Assembly: GCA_035602795.1 (NCBI GenBank)
Contig: DATNLP010000413.1
Coordinates: forward strand, 1 to 43,835
Length of the DNA stretch: 43,835 nucleotides
Direction of reading: 5' to 3'
DNA from: Acidimicrobiales bacterium
Lineage (GTDB): Bacteria > Actinomycetota > Acidimicrobiia > Acidimicrobiales > RAAP-2
Translations under genes and position numbers: made by a program
The notes under the pieces: model-generated
Told to the model about the DNA's origin: nothing
Seen by the model: the letters and a program-made list of their open reading frames with translations, nothing else
Databases searched by the model: none
Shown: positions 43,831-43,835 of the stretch, in pieces
How the letters are laid out: every line of letters begins with the position of its first letter
Numbering within the stretch: position 1 is the first letter of the stretch

Positions 43831-43835
43831 GGCGG

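Noticed and set aside
1-43835. Search for rRNA, tRNA, CRISPR arrays, transposases, integrases, phage genes and toxin-antitoxin or restriction-type defence genes.
   Set aside because: I recognised no such feature by eye in any frame or intergenic region. The few intergenic regions are short and are accounted for by promoter or operator elements.

Overview
This is a high-GC, Actinobacteria-like chromosomal segment with dense coding, many GTG starts and frequent 4-nt start/stop overlaps. I saw no rRNA, tRNA, CRISPR array, transposase or integrase. I call 37 protein-coding loci in four blocks.

(1) 1-9.1 kb: a HAAT/Liv-type ABC importer (fused LivH-LivM permease, LivG, LivF). It is translationally coupled to three uncharacterised secreted or anchored proteins. 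A convergent operon encodes a secreted Liv-type binding protein plus a secreted helical protein.

(2) 9.3-23.2 kb: an accessory-looking island. It opens with a tandem-duplicated (two-HTH) TetR regulator co-operonic with an orphan NorD/CbbO-like vWA protein and a CbbQ/NorQ-type MoxR ATPase. Next come a signal-less (cytoplasmic) type-I binding-protein homologue, a 7-TM protein, two cytochrome P450s, a 3Fe-4S-type ferredoxin, three SDRs, an amidohydrolase and a second TetR. An asymmetric 17-18 bp box recurs in three promoter regions of this island.

(3) 23.3-29.7 kb: a second HAAT transporter compressed into two giant fusion proteins (LivH-LivM-LivG, and MFS-LivF). It is headed by a frameshifted, N-terminally deleted binding-protein pseudogene.

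(4) 29.7-43.8 kb: sugar-acid and pentose genes. These are uxaC, an AroK-family kinase, uidA, a LacI regulator, a mannitol-dehydrogenase-family reductase, a LarA-like (nickel-pincer racemase/epimerase family) protein, a Gfo/Idh/MocA oxidoreductase, xylA, xylB, a second LacI regulator, a GHMP sugar kinase and a 5'-truncated IMPase-like gene.

The candidates most worth follow-up are the TetR2/vWA/MoxR module with its box regulon, the MFS-NBD / permease-NBD fusion transporter, and a possible LarA-dependent glucuronate-to-gluconate route. All functional calls rest on reading motifs in the supplied translations. No database search was possible.
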